The position numbers were made by a program, and so were the translations under genes. The notes beneath the pieces were generated by a model. The model saw nothing but the letters and a program-made list of their open reading frames with translations, was not told the DNA's origin and did not search any database. From a virus (taxonomy: Duplodnaviria > Caudoviricetes), in IMG/VR virus record IMGVR_UViG_2562617039_000002, positions 1,278-65,277 of that record: a DNA stretch of 64,000 nucleotides, one strand, 5' to 3'. This document shows positions 62,677 to 64,000 of this stretch, piece by piece. Position 1 is the first letter of the stretch. The number at the start of each line of letters is the position of its first letter.

Positions 62677-64000
62677 ACTTTTCCATTTGCTCTTTTCGCC
62701 ATTCCAAAGAACCGCCCGTACCATATCGTGGGCGGTCAACTGTATGCCCCATCAACATTCGGCGCAGTTCATCGTCCAGGCCCGCCTCTTTCATGCGGTC
62801 CTCGAATGAATGGCGAAGCGAATAAACGGTATAGCCCGCGCCTTTTGGGAACAGCTCGTTGTCCTTGAAATATTTATTCAGCGTCGCCGACAGCGTGTCT
62901 TCCTTGTTTTTGTAACGAGGAAAGCCATTCCTATGCTTCCTAAAAACCTCATGCGCTATGCCGACCAACGGCAGCTTGCGAACAGACGAAGCGGTTTTAA
63001 TCTCACGCGGATCTGCAGCGTCTTTTCGAGGCGCAATCAGGATATGCGGAACCCTGTCGGCCAAGAATATGTGCTCGGCCGTAATGTTGCAAAGTTCACT
63101 TGGTCGACAGCCCGTTTCAATCATCGCTAGGACGATGCCGCGAGCTTCATCATTTAGACTGGCGAGTGGTCCATAGGTTAGGAACTTCTCCCGGATTATT
63201 GTGGTCGGGATCGGGGGCCTCGACTTTTCGACCTTCTCTGCAAAGCTCAAATCGCGGAAAGGGTTTGGCCGATCCCTATCTCCCATGTGCTTGAAATACT
63301 CAGCAAAAAGAACTCGCATCCCGCCCATCATGCGGTTGCCCATGCTGGCCGATATCGGCTGCTTCCCTTTGGCTGGCTTCGTTATCATTTGTAGCCAGAC
63401 CTTATAGAATTTCTGCGCGTCCTCGCGCGTAATCTCCGCAATAGCCTTATCTGAAACGATCTTCACAAAATGGTCGATCGCCCGCTGCTTGTGTGCGCGC
63501 CACCGCTTTTTCTGAATTTCGCTCTTACCCGTCAATTCGTCGGGAGTGATTTCATCAAAGTAGATTTTCAGGGCTTGCGTCACAGACACTGACGGGATAC
63601 TCGCGGCGCCCACTGCGGCTGCGTCTTCTACTGGATTGCCAGTTACTAGGTTTAGTCGGGCCGCTAGAGCGTCATCTGGCATTGCAAGCAGCCTATCGGC
63701 TGGCACATATGAAATGCCGATAGCGTCGGCTCGCTTGATTGCGGCATCATAAAGTGCGCGAGCCTTATCGCCATCCGCTCCAGCATTTAGCATTGACCAA
63801 AGTGCATCGTCAGCAGATTCGTACTCGTTGCGCTTCGTCATCGCCCGAGCGAGATCGGTGGTTTTTAGGCTTATGCGGACGATAGGAGCGCGACTATCCT
63901 TGTCTGCCACAGACTTGGGAACACGGCGAACGTACTGATAAACGCCGTCGCGATCTTTCAAATAACGATGAGGGTCTGATTTAATGCGATAGCCAGCCAT
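62645..64000 (-). CDS. int: Tyrosine recombinase/integrase with N-terminal DUF6538-like domain
   Basis: TGCRPSE (R), EIKT (K), YSLRHSF, LMGH, RYG (Y). Confidence 0.95.
   Translation of the reverse strand: MAGYRIKSDPHRYLKDRDGVYQYVRRVPKSVADKDSRAPIVRISLKTTDLARAMTKRNEYESADDALWSMLNAGADGDKARALYDAAIKRADAIGISYVPADRLLAMPDDALAARLNLVTGNPVEDAAAVGAASIPSVSVTQALKIYFDEITPDELTGKSEIQKKRWRAHKQRAIDHFVKIVSDKAIAEITREDAQKFYKVWLQMITKPAKGKQPISASMGNRMMGGMRVLFAEYFKHMGDRDRPNPFRDLSFAEKVEKSRPPIPTTIIREKFLTYGPLASLNDEARGIVLAMIETGCRPSELCNITAEHIFLADRVPHILIAPRKDAADPREIKTASSVRKLPLVGIAHEVFRKHRNGFPRYKNKEDTLSATLNKYFKDNELFPKGAGYTVYSLRHSFEDRMKEAGLDDELRRMLMGHTVDRPRYGTGGSLEWRKEQMEKFTLPFDVAVI

Larger units (their letters stand above)
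60..64000. mobile_element. Temperate siphovirus-like prophage (HK97-type head, long non-contractile tail); boundaries not resolved
   Basis: Complete integrase, repressor, replication, packaging, head, tail and lysis modules in conserved order; att not visible because the integrase start is at the window edge. Confidence 0.95.

Noticed and set aside
1-64000. attL/attR direct repeats
   Set aside because: The integrase start is at the window edge and I found no long repeat or split tRNA marking the left end

Overview
The whole window is one temperate siphovirus-type prophage, inferred from gene families and promoter types to sit in a Rhizobiaceae (Agrobacterium/Rhizobium-like) host. The integrase starts at base 64000, so att sites could not be located. 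Almost all lytic genes are on the minus strand. From right to left: tyrosine integrase; small rightward early genes; CI repressor with ATACG-N5-CGTAT operators; two ParB-fold genes; a Sak4/SSB/DnaN/Cas4-like/helicase module; helicase plus methyltransferase; primase-helicase; a candidate origin; VRR-NUC; a putative late regulator; two tRNAs; HNH-terminase-portal-ClpP-HK97 capsid; tail; lysis cassette; and a nucleotide-enzyme cluster. Cargo genes are interspersed, mostly on the plus strand: DenV, LprI, SRA-HNH, DUF883, a NepR-like protein, SRAP and several membrane proteins. An HWE kinase, DUF3800 and a proteasome-beta-like hydrolase are on the minus strand. The strongest unexplained signals are four. 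(1) An 11-nt extended ribosome-binding motif, AACACGAGGAG, precedes 13 non-structural genes, and a candidate antisense sRNA at 57447-57572 displays its exact complement. (2) tmRNA-tag-like ANDN peptides, often followed by C-terminal AA, are hard-coded in at least 10 non-structural proteins. (3) A cuckoo/alpha-r14 sRNA lies beside a short RNA complementary to its loops. (4) Cargo sits behind EcfG-type general-stress promoters, alongside a NepR-like protein and an HWE kinase. All assignments come from reading motifs by eye; no database searches or folding programs were run.
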